Shown here piece by piece: positions 45,369-56,399 of a stretch of 64,000 bases of DNA (its first letter is position 1; each line of letters opens with the position of its first letter). The stretch comes from Octopus sinensis. Taxonomy: Eukaryota. The position numbers and the translations under genes were made by a program. Under the pieces are notes generated by a model. The model was not told where the DNA came from and did not search any database. It worked only from the letters and a program-made list of their open reading frames with translations. The stretch lies in the NCBI RefSeq assembly GCF_006345805.1, contig NC_042997.1, positions 150,970,001-151,034,000 of the forward strand, written 5' to 3'.

Positions 45369-45479
45369 CGGTTTTTTTGACTATTTATTAAAATTTTATG
45401 TATTGATTAAGTCTTTCCTTGTTTGTTTTGCAAAATAGTGGTTTTGTCTCTAATAATATTTTATATATATATATATATA

Positions 45480-47301
45480 TTTATTGATGTATATGTATTT
45501 ATTTATTTATTTGTATGGGTGTGGGTGTGAATATATTGGTGTATATATCGAGCATTGTACGTATGTAGATGTATGTGTGAGTGTGTATATGTATATGGGT
45601 GTGGGTGTGTGTAAATATGTGTGTGAATGTATAGATGGAGGGTATTGCTATATAGATTTGTTCTTGTGTATATGGTAATGGATGGTTTTGATCATTATAT
45701 TTGTTTTGTTTCGGTTTCGTTTATCATGCTTGTTTTATTAAAGAATATTTTAGTAAATTCATTCTATTTACGATGATAAACATATATTCCATTCATAATC
45801 TTTAAAATAACGTTGGTTCATCACGCGCAAAGAATTTATTAAAAATTTATTCTATTTCTGTTGATAACGTAATTTCATAAACGCTGTAAGACGTTTGTAA
45901 TTCAAATTTACTTCATAGTTCAAAATTGCATAGATGGTACGTATTTTTTAAGATCTCCTAATTGCAATTTTTAATATGTGTAAGCCTTTGAATAATAGTA
46001 TTCTCCTTATGTTAATCATGTTGTTTATGTAGTGATCTATTTATCGTATTTTTCTTTGTTATTAGTTATTAAAAAATTTAGATATACTTTGATAAATAGA
46101 AAGGTTTCGATTTAAAATGGTTTAGGTTTGTTTAATAATAGAATAATTTTATATAAGATAATATTCCCATTCATAAATTTGTTTATAGTAATGATAGTAT
46201 TTTTTAATAATATATTATTAAGTAAGGAATATTCCTATAAGTATGTAACTGAGTATCTGTGTCTACTGGATTTGTTCCTCCTCTGTGTTAGAGTTTTGCA
46301 GTGTGAATACGGTTATGTATGAATGATTGATTGTATGTGTGTGTGTGTGAGTATGCAATATTAATGTGTAGAAATATTGTCTTTATGTATTTTTGTATGT
46401 CTAAATATATACGTGTGTGTGTGTTTGTTTACGTATTTATATATGTTTATTAAATGCATATAGTATATAGAATATATATGTGTGTGTGTTTGTTTACGTA
46501 TTTATATATGGTTATTACATATATATAGTATATAGTATTTAATATTTTACTAAGAATGAAATATTTCTATAAGTTTGTGGTTGAGTATCTGCGGCTACTG
46601 GATGTTATATTTCCTCTGTGTTATTATCATGCTGAGAGAATTTGTTTATGAATGAGAGATTGTATGTGTGTGTGTGGGAGTATGAATAAGTAATGTGTAG
46701 AAGTATACGGCTACATTATAAATTTATCTTTGTCTATATGTTTATGTGTATGTATAGATATATATATATGTGTGTGTGTGAGTTTGTGTATGTATTTAGA
46801 TATGTTTATATACATACATGGATATATGTGCGTGAGCAAGTGTGTATGTATATTTTTTATTTTTTGTTTTTTTGTTTTTTGAAATTAGCTATTTCATCTT
46901 TAAATATGAGAATTTAAATACTAGATTTCATTATACACAATCGTTTATAGAGGTTATTTTAGTTCTTGATTATTATATATATTTTCGTTGATAATTTTAT
47001 ATTTTATATATATTAGTCATTTCAAATTTATATCTTTAAAATATTGATTATATTTTAGGTCTTGAAACCACCTGATGAATGTCCATTGAAGTGACAAGAA
47101 ACGATCGTAGTGGATATCTTAATTAATCTTAATTATATTTAATTTATATAAATTTTTTTATGTATTGGATTAAGTGTTTTTTTGTTTGATTTGCATAATA
47201 GTGGTTTTGTCTCTAATTAATATTATATTATATTTTACTATAAAATTGGATTCAATCCTAAATCTGATTTTTCCCTGTAAATTTGGATTTATTCCCTAAT
47301 A
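45480..47301 (+). mobile_element. Element B: diverged member of the same hammerhead-bearing family
   Basis: GT-rich body homologous to the reverse complement of 41230-41560 (e.g. gtgggagtatgaataagta and tgtgtgtgaatgtatagatggagggtattgctatatag). Ends in the pseudo-LTR ...ggatttattccctaata followed by (TA)n. Confidence 0.75.
47068..47113 (+). ncRNA. Minimal type I hammerhead ribozyme motif with palindromic stem III
   Basis: ccac CTGATGA a-tgtc cattgaagt gaca-a GAAAC gatc GTA gtgg. ACGATCGT is a perfect palindrome. Confidence 0.8.
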
Positions 47302-47444
47302 ATAATTATTATTATATATATATATATAAAGTGAGAGAGAGAGGTAGATAGATCGATAGATATGTATATATGCATACATGTATATATATATATATATGCA
47401 TATCTAGCATGCATAAATCTGTCGCTATTTCTATATGTAATAGA

Positions 47445-47447
47445 TAT

Positions 47448-47541
<94 letters not shown>

Positions 47542-47570
47542 GGATGGATGGATGGATGGATGGATGGATG
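47445..47570. repeat. (GATA)n(GGAT)n microsatellite
   Basis: Directly visible. Confidence 0.95.
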
Positions 47571-49616
47571 AATCTGTACTGCATATGAAAAACAATTAAA
47601 TAATGTACATAACAATCTGTCTCCAGTAAGTTTGTTTTAATTGAATAAATGAGAGTCAACAAAATGTCATCTGAATTAGTGCCAAACTAATTCAGTAGAA
47701 ATTGATGTGCTTAAATTGATTTCAAGGAGACTTGACTTAAGTTTCTTTTGACATTTATAAAATGAATAAATCTATGTTTATCCTCTTCAAACAAAACTTA
47801 GAGCTTGTGAGGTAATTCTTAATGATGACAATAAATTAATAAGTTCCAGTACTTAGTGCATTAAAATTATCACTGTGTTTCTAGGCCACCACACATATAG
47901 TTTTCGTCCTTCGCATCCTTCGTACTGGTGAAGAGGCTTCTAAGAGAATACAGCCTTTATTTGTCTGCAGATTATTCCAATTTCTGATCTCTCATTTTTA
48001 TTGCTGAACTAATTATAGTGTATATATGATATGAGAACTAATTAAGGATTATAAAGACTTCTGAGTATTGTTAAAATTGTAATGTTTGTACTATAAGACA
48101 TTTTTCGTTTAGCTAATTGTTAGGAGCTGAAAATGCGATTTTAAGGAGGAGGATGAGAACGACTGGCAGATTTGCTATATTTATAATTAAATAAACCTAT
48201 TTTCCGAGTGAAAGAATTATAAATAAAACAGAAGCAAAAATAGGTTACAAGTTTATTGATGTAGACTTCCGAAAATATAATGTGGAAATTAATTTAGAAA
48301 TCAAATGTGTTTTGGGTTGTGTGCTTCTCTGTATGTGTATGTTTGTATGTATGTGTATCTGTGTGTATCTATGTGCTTGTCTCTTTGTGTGTGTGTTTGT
48401 CTCATTGTGCGTGTGTGTGTGGATGGGTGTTTCAGTATGCGCTTATCAATATGTGTGTTTCAGTAAGCAAAGACCTAGTTTAAGAAGATTAAGATTTTTC
48501 GTAAAGTCTAATTCGAAAAGCAAATATATAATGTATTTATTTGCAGATCATTTCATTTACATTCGCGTTTATTTATTAATCTTGTTTTTTGTGAGAAAAG
48601 AAAAAATACATAGGGCTTCCAGCATGAAAACCGTAAGAAATCTCCAGGCACTTCTGCACCTCCCTTATAACATTGCAATTTAGGATCAAACTCTTGGATC
48701 ACAATAGTTCAAGTATTTATCTAGACAGAATTATTTAAGTAAATCTTCACGATGGAAGCATCGAATGGACATACACACCAGGAAGAAATGAAGAAAAATT
48801 ATTTAAATGTGTTGATAAAAGAAGCTATATATATATAGAAATAATTAGAAATTTATTATAATAAAGCAGAAATTTTACACATGGGTGGAGTATTCTTCAT
48901 ATTGTAATTATGGTCTTCGTTTTCCTGTCTACTGCATTCGATTATAACCATTTGAGAATATTAAACCTGGGACATCTAGATACTCAATGTCTATGGTGTT
49001 CGATTGTTTTGTTTTGCTTTTTGAAATTACATATTATCTAATGTGACTATAATAACACTTTCTAGCATTTCCGTCATCTGCATATGATACACACTGACCA
49101 GTTCATTGATCCCTAGCCCTTTCTTTATCTAGCATATTATTAGAGTTTTAATTAATGGTGTTCCCTTTAAATTTGTTTTCTGACTCGAATATCATCATTA
49201 TATTTTGTGCTCTCTGCAATTTCTTAATTGATTATCACTTGCTTCGAATAGTTTGAGTTCATCTATGAACAAAAGATGGTCAGTGTTCTAATAACCTATA
49301 TATTCACATGTAGTTCCGTATAGCACATCGTCCAACGTCAGTCAGTAGCCATGGGGAGAGAGTCGCCTTGGTATGCTCATTGTTATCATTAGTATTTTCC
49401 TCTTTTCTTACGTATGTATATATATATATGTGTGTGCGTGTGTGTGTGTGTGTGTGTGTGCATGTGTGGTGTGTGTGTGTGTTGTGTGTGTGTGTGTACT
49501 TTATTTAAAGCAGCAGAAATTCAACAAAACCTGTTACTCTGAGTTTTACGTTCCCATTCGTCGGACAGTTTTTGTTTTAAAAATATGTATATATGTATAT
49601 ATATATATATATACAT

Positions 49617-50030
49617 AGGCGTAGGAGTGGCTGTGTGGTAAGTAGCATGCTTACGAACCACATGATTCCGGTTCCAGTCCCACTGCGTAGCACATTGGGC
49701 AAACGTCTTCTACTATTAAGCTCGGACCGACCAAAGATTTGTGAGTGGATTTGGTACACGGAAACTGAAAGAAGCCCGTCTTATATATGTACACATGTAT
49801 GTGCGTATGTATACATTTGTGTGTTTGTGTTTTTCCCCCCAACATCGCTTGACAACCGATGCTGGTGTATTTACGTCCCCGTAGCTTAGCGGTTCGGCAA
49901 AAGGGACCGATAGAATGACTACTAGGCTTACAAAGGATAAGTCCCGTGGTCGATTTGCTCGACTAAATGTGGTGCTCCAGCATGGCCACAGTCAAATGAC
50001 TGAAACATATAAAAGAGTAAGAGAGTAAAA
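49617..50030 (+). mobile_element. tRNA-derived CORE-like SINE, full length
   Basis: ggcgtaggagtggctgtgtggtaagtagc (A box), ggttccagtcc (B box), cattgggcaaacgtc core, and 3' cagcatggccacagtcaaatgactgaaaca. Confidence 0.9.
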
Positions 50031-50227
50031 TAGTGTATATATATATGCCGTAACAATCAAAATTAAAATATTAATATTAGTAATGAACATACCAAAGTGA
50101 CTCTCGTCATATCCTTACTGATTGGTGTTCGTATGTACGCTATACAGAACTATATGGGAAAATATATGCTATAAAAAAATTAACTATCTTAGATACACAC
50201 ACACACACACACACACAGACACACACT

Positions 50228-50292
<65 letters not shown>

Positions 50293-50699
50293 AAGCACAT
50301 AAATGTGAAACAAAGTGGGTGAAAATAGTACTCGAATACTGGAGGTAGAGTAATATACTTTAGTATTATTAAATTTGCATAACATCACAAAAATATTACC
50401 ATAAACTGCAATTCATTGTGATATTTTGTGATGTAGTTGCAGTTTTAATAATAATACATGTCAATCGTAAAATAGAATTCCTTTTTTTACGTGTGACCCA
50501 TACTAGGCTCCTTTTCTGTAAATTTTGTGCAATTCTGGAAGTACCACGAAACACACAACATAGCAACTTTGTATTATAGTCGTGGCCCGATGATAGAGTT
50601 TACATCTTCTTTTGGTGTTAGCCCCTTTCTTTTTCGTTGGATGACATTACACAGAACAATTTTTTTTTATTTCTGATGTTTCAAGCAGGCAAAGGGCTG

Positions 50700-51121
50700 A
50701 TAGCATCTTTAATGTTAAAGGACGTGTAGAGAGCAACACTTTGAGGAAACCGAGACGCAATGACATGATAATGGAACCACTGGCCAAGTTCAGACTTATA
50801 TTCTATATCATGAACTAGTTTAATGACCGAAGTTTGACAGTAAAGCATGACAAAATGTTACGGAAGTCACTCGAGAAAACATTATGTTAATGTTTGTTAC
50901 ATTTTCCATACTTTGCCGAGCTTAATCTCACTGTCAATCATATTTCCAGTTCATTTCAACGTTATTTAGAAGAGAACCAATTTCCTAAATGTGAAGAAGT
51001 CAAAAATAATAGTGAGTGGTTCTTTGGAACAAAACCTGTATGGTTTAAAGTACCTAGTATCAACTTTTTTTCAGATAGATGGGATTGTACTATTAATCAG
51101 AAGGGATATTATCGTGAATAA
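50700..51121 (+). mobile_element. Decayed mariner transposase C-terminal fragment
   Basis: ORF 50894-51121, HFPYFAEL...FQRYLEENQFPKCEEVKN..EWFFGTKP...DRWDCTINQKGYY, aligns by eye with HPPYSPDLAPSDYHLF..L..YL..K.F...EEVK....FF..KP...RW..VI...G.Y. Confidence 0.55.
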
Positions 51122-52978
51122 ATATACCAATTAAGATCAAAGAAGCTTTTGTTTCTTAAACAACTTGGTATGCAACAGAACTTTCGTTGCAGCCGAATGT
51201 TAAACAATTGTAACTCAGCCAACGAGATGCTACTTTCAGAAAATAAGAAAAGCCAAGTTCTGGAGATTAAACCGACAAGAGCACAAATATTTTACATATA
51301 TTAATTAAAGTAGTCCATCTTAGAAACAGAAAAATACTAATTCATACCAAGAACAACTTTTAGAAAAAGAAAAAGAAAAGAACATTAAAAGCTACCAGAA
51401 GAAACGTACGCTGCTTGCCTTACAAGAGAAATATTAGAAGACGTTTCCCAAAATATTTCTTCGTCTTCCAACAGAAGCAGTGAATTATTAAGTTTACTGC
51501 TCGAATTCATATTTAGTGTTATGTTTGAAACAAGTTCAGTTTTGCTAAAAATCTTCCAACTAAAATAATCCGTCTTTTTTCCAAGAAATATTATAATTCA
51601 ATTGTAGAAGTGAATTGTACCTTAGCATTTCCGGTACACCGTCTCGTTTTCTATTCCCATGACCTTAGTTTTACAGTGGTTGTTTAACGGCAAGTTAACT
51701 CTGATCAAGTAATAGAATAATGAAAGGCACTGAAACTTTGGCCTTCCCGTCTTTTCGCATCTTAGTATTACACGCTCAACTGTCTCAGAATGCTATTCTA
51801 TCAGATTAAACGATTCTTTACTGGCGCTCTTGTGAAGTGTGAATACAATTATTATAATGAAGTTGCTTATTATAAAAATTCCACTCATTCTATTATAGCT
51901 GTTAGTTTTGTACGCGACTGAACCCCTATGAAAGACGTTCCATCCTTCACCATATGATAACTTTTGTTTGATATTCGATAAAGTGTCTTTTGGCTTATAA
52001 GAGTGGCGAATATTATGTTGATGATGATTTGAACGTTCAGAACCTTCTTAGAAACTGACATGATATGATTGTATATAATTATGAGTGAAAGTATCTCAAA
52101 CATGAACATTGGACTATGTTATTTCCTAAATAACATATGGAAATATATTGAGGACTACATTATCGGATGTTCAGTCGTTCTGTTTTCATCGAGTAAATTA
52201 TATTTCGAGGAAGAATATTTTGCTACGCCTAGCAGATTTAGCAAATGCTCAGAAGCCAACAAATCAAGTGATTAAATAAAAGAGTATAGTAACATTCTAT
52301 TAAAGAGGACGAAATACAAGTACAAAAGCTAATGCAAGTGTTCATAAGGGATAAGAAATTTAATGAATCGTTGTCTATGGAAATTCGTATTTATTACTGA
52401 ACGTTTTTAAGGGTCATTTTTTCTTTTTTGGGGTGGGGGTGGGATTCAAATGAATCTCTAAGAAATTCGTCAGTAGGTTATTTTAATTTAAGATGCCTAA
52501 ATCTTTCATACGCCTACCAGTGAGCCCGTACACTCAATCAATATTCTTACACCACTGTCCTACCTGCTGCAAGCATAGATAACGTACGTGCAATTGTTAC
52601 TCTTATTGTTATCAAGTATATCGAAGTTGATGAATAATTTTTCTTGTTAATTACGTATAGTAAGTTATCATTAAGTGCTTTAACAATGCTTCTTTAACAT
52701 CTAACTAGTACACAAAAGTAGGCACTTTTATTCTAAGCTTTTAATCAAGTATCTAGTAGATGTAGTGATGATGATAGTGATGGCGCTTCTATTATAATCA
52801 GTTTAGTTTCGAATACTATTGTCACTATAAGTACTGCTTAATCAAGGGATGGTGCATTTCAATGAAGTCTCCACACTAGCTTTCTGTCACTCCCTCTCTC
52901 TCTCCACCCCTCTCACTCTTTTTATCTTCTCTCGGAGCTACATTATCACACAAGTTTCCTCTTTCACTCAAACTCTAA

Positions 52979-53035
<57 letters not shown>

Positions 53036-53191
53036 CATGTATGTGTGTGTGTGTATGTGTATATAATGTATATTTGTGTGCATATACATATGCATATAAT
53101 TATAAGCGTATATCCGTATATGTATATGTGTGGTGTGTGTATTTCTGTTAATTATACACAAACACACACACACACACACACACGCATATAT

Positions 53192-53251
<60 letters not shown>

Positions 53252-53759
53252 ATAATTAACAGAAATACACGCACAAACACACACAAACACTCACGGATAT
53301 ATATACATATACAGATATACGTTTATTATTTTTATGACCCGGCAACATATATATGCATATATATACACATACATATACATTTAGATACATTAATATATGT
53401 ATATACACACATATACACATATATACATATACACATTTATACATACATATATATATATGTACGTAGGTATGTGTATGATGAATGGGAAGTATGTGTACAA
53501 GCACGTATTTGCGTATGTGTATACATAGCCGTAAAACGCAGTATTGACGCTCGTGTGTCATTCTCAGTACAAGCAAAGAGTGATGTCTATTAATTTCATT
53601 GTGCAATCTATTAAACGAATTGACAGATCAATAACTATTATCTGCATGTATTGTCATCCTGTTCGTTCACTTAATCGATCATCTTACTGTTTACTAGTTA
53701 CTGTTTTGTTTTAGATTTAGTCACCCTCATCAGATGCATTAGACGTATGAATATTTTTT

Positions 53760-53802
53760 TTATTTTATTTCATTACATCTTTCTTTATTATTGTTGTTGT
53801 TG

Positions 53803-53838
<36 letters not shown>

Positions 53839-53904
53839 TATTATTATTATTATTATATATTATTATATATTATTATATATTATTATTATTATTATATTAT
53901 TATT

Positions 53905-53988
<84 letters not shown>

Positions 53989-54228
53989 GTTATTATTTTT
54001 GTTGTTGTTGTTTTTTGTCTTGCGTCTTTTATCCGTTCGATACATTTCATAAGTGTTGAAAGGAAAAGAAAAAAATATATATTAGTGACAAATAATTTTT
54101 CTTTTATTATTAATGTTTAATTTTTTTTTTCAGTTTTTAATGTAGTTTTGCTATTATATTCATTTCTGCAGTTTGTTTTGTGATCATCATCTTCATCATC
54201 ATCATCATCATCATCATCATCGTCATCG

Positions 54229-54260
<32 letters not shown>

Positions 54261-54261
54261 G

Positions 54262-54294
<33 letters not shown>

Positions 54295-54522
54295 ATATCA
54301 TCATCATCATCACCATCATCGACATCATCATCCTCATCATCATCATCACCATCCTCACCCCCACCACCAATACCATCATTATCATTGTTGCCATTATTAT
54401 TCCAGTATCATTATTCTTCTTCTTCTTATTATTATTATTATCATCATCATCATTATCATCATCATCATCATTATTATTATTATTATTATTTTCATCATCA
54501 TTATCATTATTATTATTATTAA

Positions 54523-54583
<61 letters not shown>

Positions 54584-54585
54584 AA
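53760..54585. repeat. Long compound (ATT)n/(CAT)n microsatellites
   Basis: Directly visible; source of the poly-His, poly-Ile and poly-Met ORFs. Confidence 0.95.
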
Positions 54586-55421
54586 TAATTGATTTACAAG
54601 TTTCGTTTGAACTTTTATTACAAAATCAGGCGTACTTCGTTGTTTCTGAATTGTATGTAGCATTGTATTTTGATGGACAGAAGGTTGAATTTTCTATATT
54701 AACTCTAATTAGTATTATGGGAATAAATTTTTTTATAGCTTTTCGTATTTCGATGGTATTTGTTCTGTAAAAACAAATGTACTATTGAATGGTAACTGTG
54801 TAAAATATGTGTTGCCTGTGTTGTTTATTATAATATGGGATATGGACTGTGTTGACTATGAGTTGTGAGAGTCCCACTATGTTGTGGTTGTTTAACATAA
54901 CGCTAATCTCTTACAAGAAAACCTATCAGCAAAACATTTAATATTTACCGTCCGTTATTTTAGGAGCATTTATATCAATAATACTTGATATTTTCTTTCT
55001 TTAAATATTTGGAGTGATTGGGCCGCTATGCCTTCTGCATCGGACAACTGTATAGTGATTCTCTCAATTGTTAGTGATTTCTATGAGTTCTATTACGCTG
55101 TAATTTCTTGAGCGAATGCCGACTGACGACTATGAAACACACCGAGTGATTATTTTTCTTTACACATAGCCGGTCCCTTGTCGTGCTACGTTTCACAACT
55201 TTTCATCTATTTCTCTATTAACTAGGATATTTGATTTATTTGTTGTGCTATATAAATGACAAACTGCATCCTTTTGCACAATAGAATTTGAAATTAACAA
55301 GGAAGAATGACAGATATATTTAGCAGGATTTTTCCCTGTTTACCGTGGAATTGCCTATAAATTTGTAGGCTTTGGTATGCTAGTTTTTACCTCAGTTCTG
55401 TTTTTTTCTATTTATATACCT

Positions 55422-55823
55422 TACTAGCAGTATCGCCTGGCGTTTCTCGGGTTTGTAAGGGAAATAACTATATAAGCATTTTTAGAGATATAAAGTATAA
55501 TAGCCATCTCAATATGGCTAACCACAAAGGGGGTGGAGTGTTACTGTAGGTTTTTACGTTCTGAGATTTAATAATAAAATTTTAGAGAGTTACTTCCCTT
55601 ATATATGACAAAAATGCATTAAAAATGGGAAAAATTGATGGTAATTTTTTTTTTAAATCGTAGACTCATCGTCGACGCGCGGTAATACCCAGAAGGGTTC
55701 GATATGAATCACGACTATAAGATACCCGGTTTTGGTTAAACTGCACCCTAAAATGTGGGAGTAGTTAGGAATCTAAATCGTAGGAGACAGGCAGCACACA
55801 CCCTCTCTTTTATATATAAAGAT
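55422..55823 (+). mobile_element. Non-autonomous Helitron/Helentron-like (HINE-type) element
   Basis: The 5' end tactagcagtatcgcctggcg... and 3' end ...cttttatatataaagat resemble the TACTAG...CCCGGC / TTTTATAT...AGAT termini of invertebrate non-autonomous Helitron-like repeats (from recall, not searched). Confidence 0.6.
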
Positions 55824-56142
55824 TTCCGTTAAAATGTCCTTGAACCTTCAAAGGTTTTCGCTACTGTGTGACGTTGCGATATTGTGTTGGAAAGTAACGA
55901 CATTTCACTAGGTGAAAAAAAGGGTTCTCAGTTTTGTCATTAGTTACCATGTCTAAGTAAATCAGTTTATTAGCTTTGTTTGGACTCTCATATTTTCACC
56001 ACCCGCATACGCTCGTACACAGTATTAGTAACATTCTTATACACATCCTTTTAGTGTACTAGATGAAATATCGATACGCTACCCAGTCATATAAGGATTG
56101 TCGGTGAATTTAAATAGAATAAATAAAAATAAAATAAATGCG

Positions 56143-56378
56143 CCCTTTTAAAGCCTAACCAGGCTCATGGGCCCGGTTTGTATGGCGTATGTTTTCTCCG
56201 GCTGGACTGGACGCCAGTGCATCGCAGCATTACTCATTTTTGCCAGCTGAGTGGACTGGAGCAACGTAAAATGAAGTGTTTTGCTCAAGAATACAAAGCG
56301 TCGCCCGGTCCAGGAATCGAAACCACAATCTTACGATCATGGTGCTGACACCTTAACCACTAAGCCACGCGCCTCCAC
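56143..56378 (-). mobile_element. tRNA-derived SINE (same head as 39164)
   Basis: The reverse complement begins gtggaggcgcgtggcttagtggttaagg...ggtttcgattcc...cagtccactcagctggcaaaaatgag. Confidence 0.85.
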
Positions 56379-56399
56379 CGGCCACATAAAACACCGCCC

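Larger units (their letters stand above)
40628..45465. mobile_element. Non-coding hammerhead-bearing (Penelope/retrozyme-like) element A with inverted terminal pseudo-LTRs and an internal tandem array
   Basis: 329-bp inverted repeat (40702-41030 versus 45137-45465), each arm with a hammerhead motif. The left terminus tattagggaataaatcc matches the right terminus of element B. The interior is AC-rich and G-poor. Confidence 0.75.

Noticed and set aside
54137-54592. Poly-His, poly-Met and poly-Ile ORFs, and similar ORFs at 8417, 16483, 21222, 23297, 28192, 32038-32912, 53747 and 60733-61640
   Set aside because: They are translations of trinucleotide microsatellites, open in several frames on both strands, with no domain content.
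55116-55150. Hammerhead-like CTGACGA ctat GAAA
   Set aside because: No stem II pairing and no correctly placed NUH or stem I.
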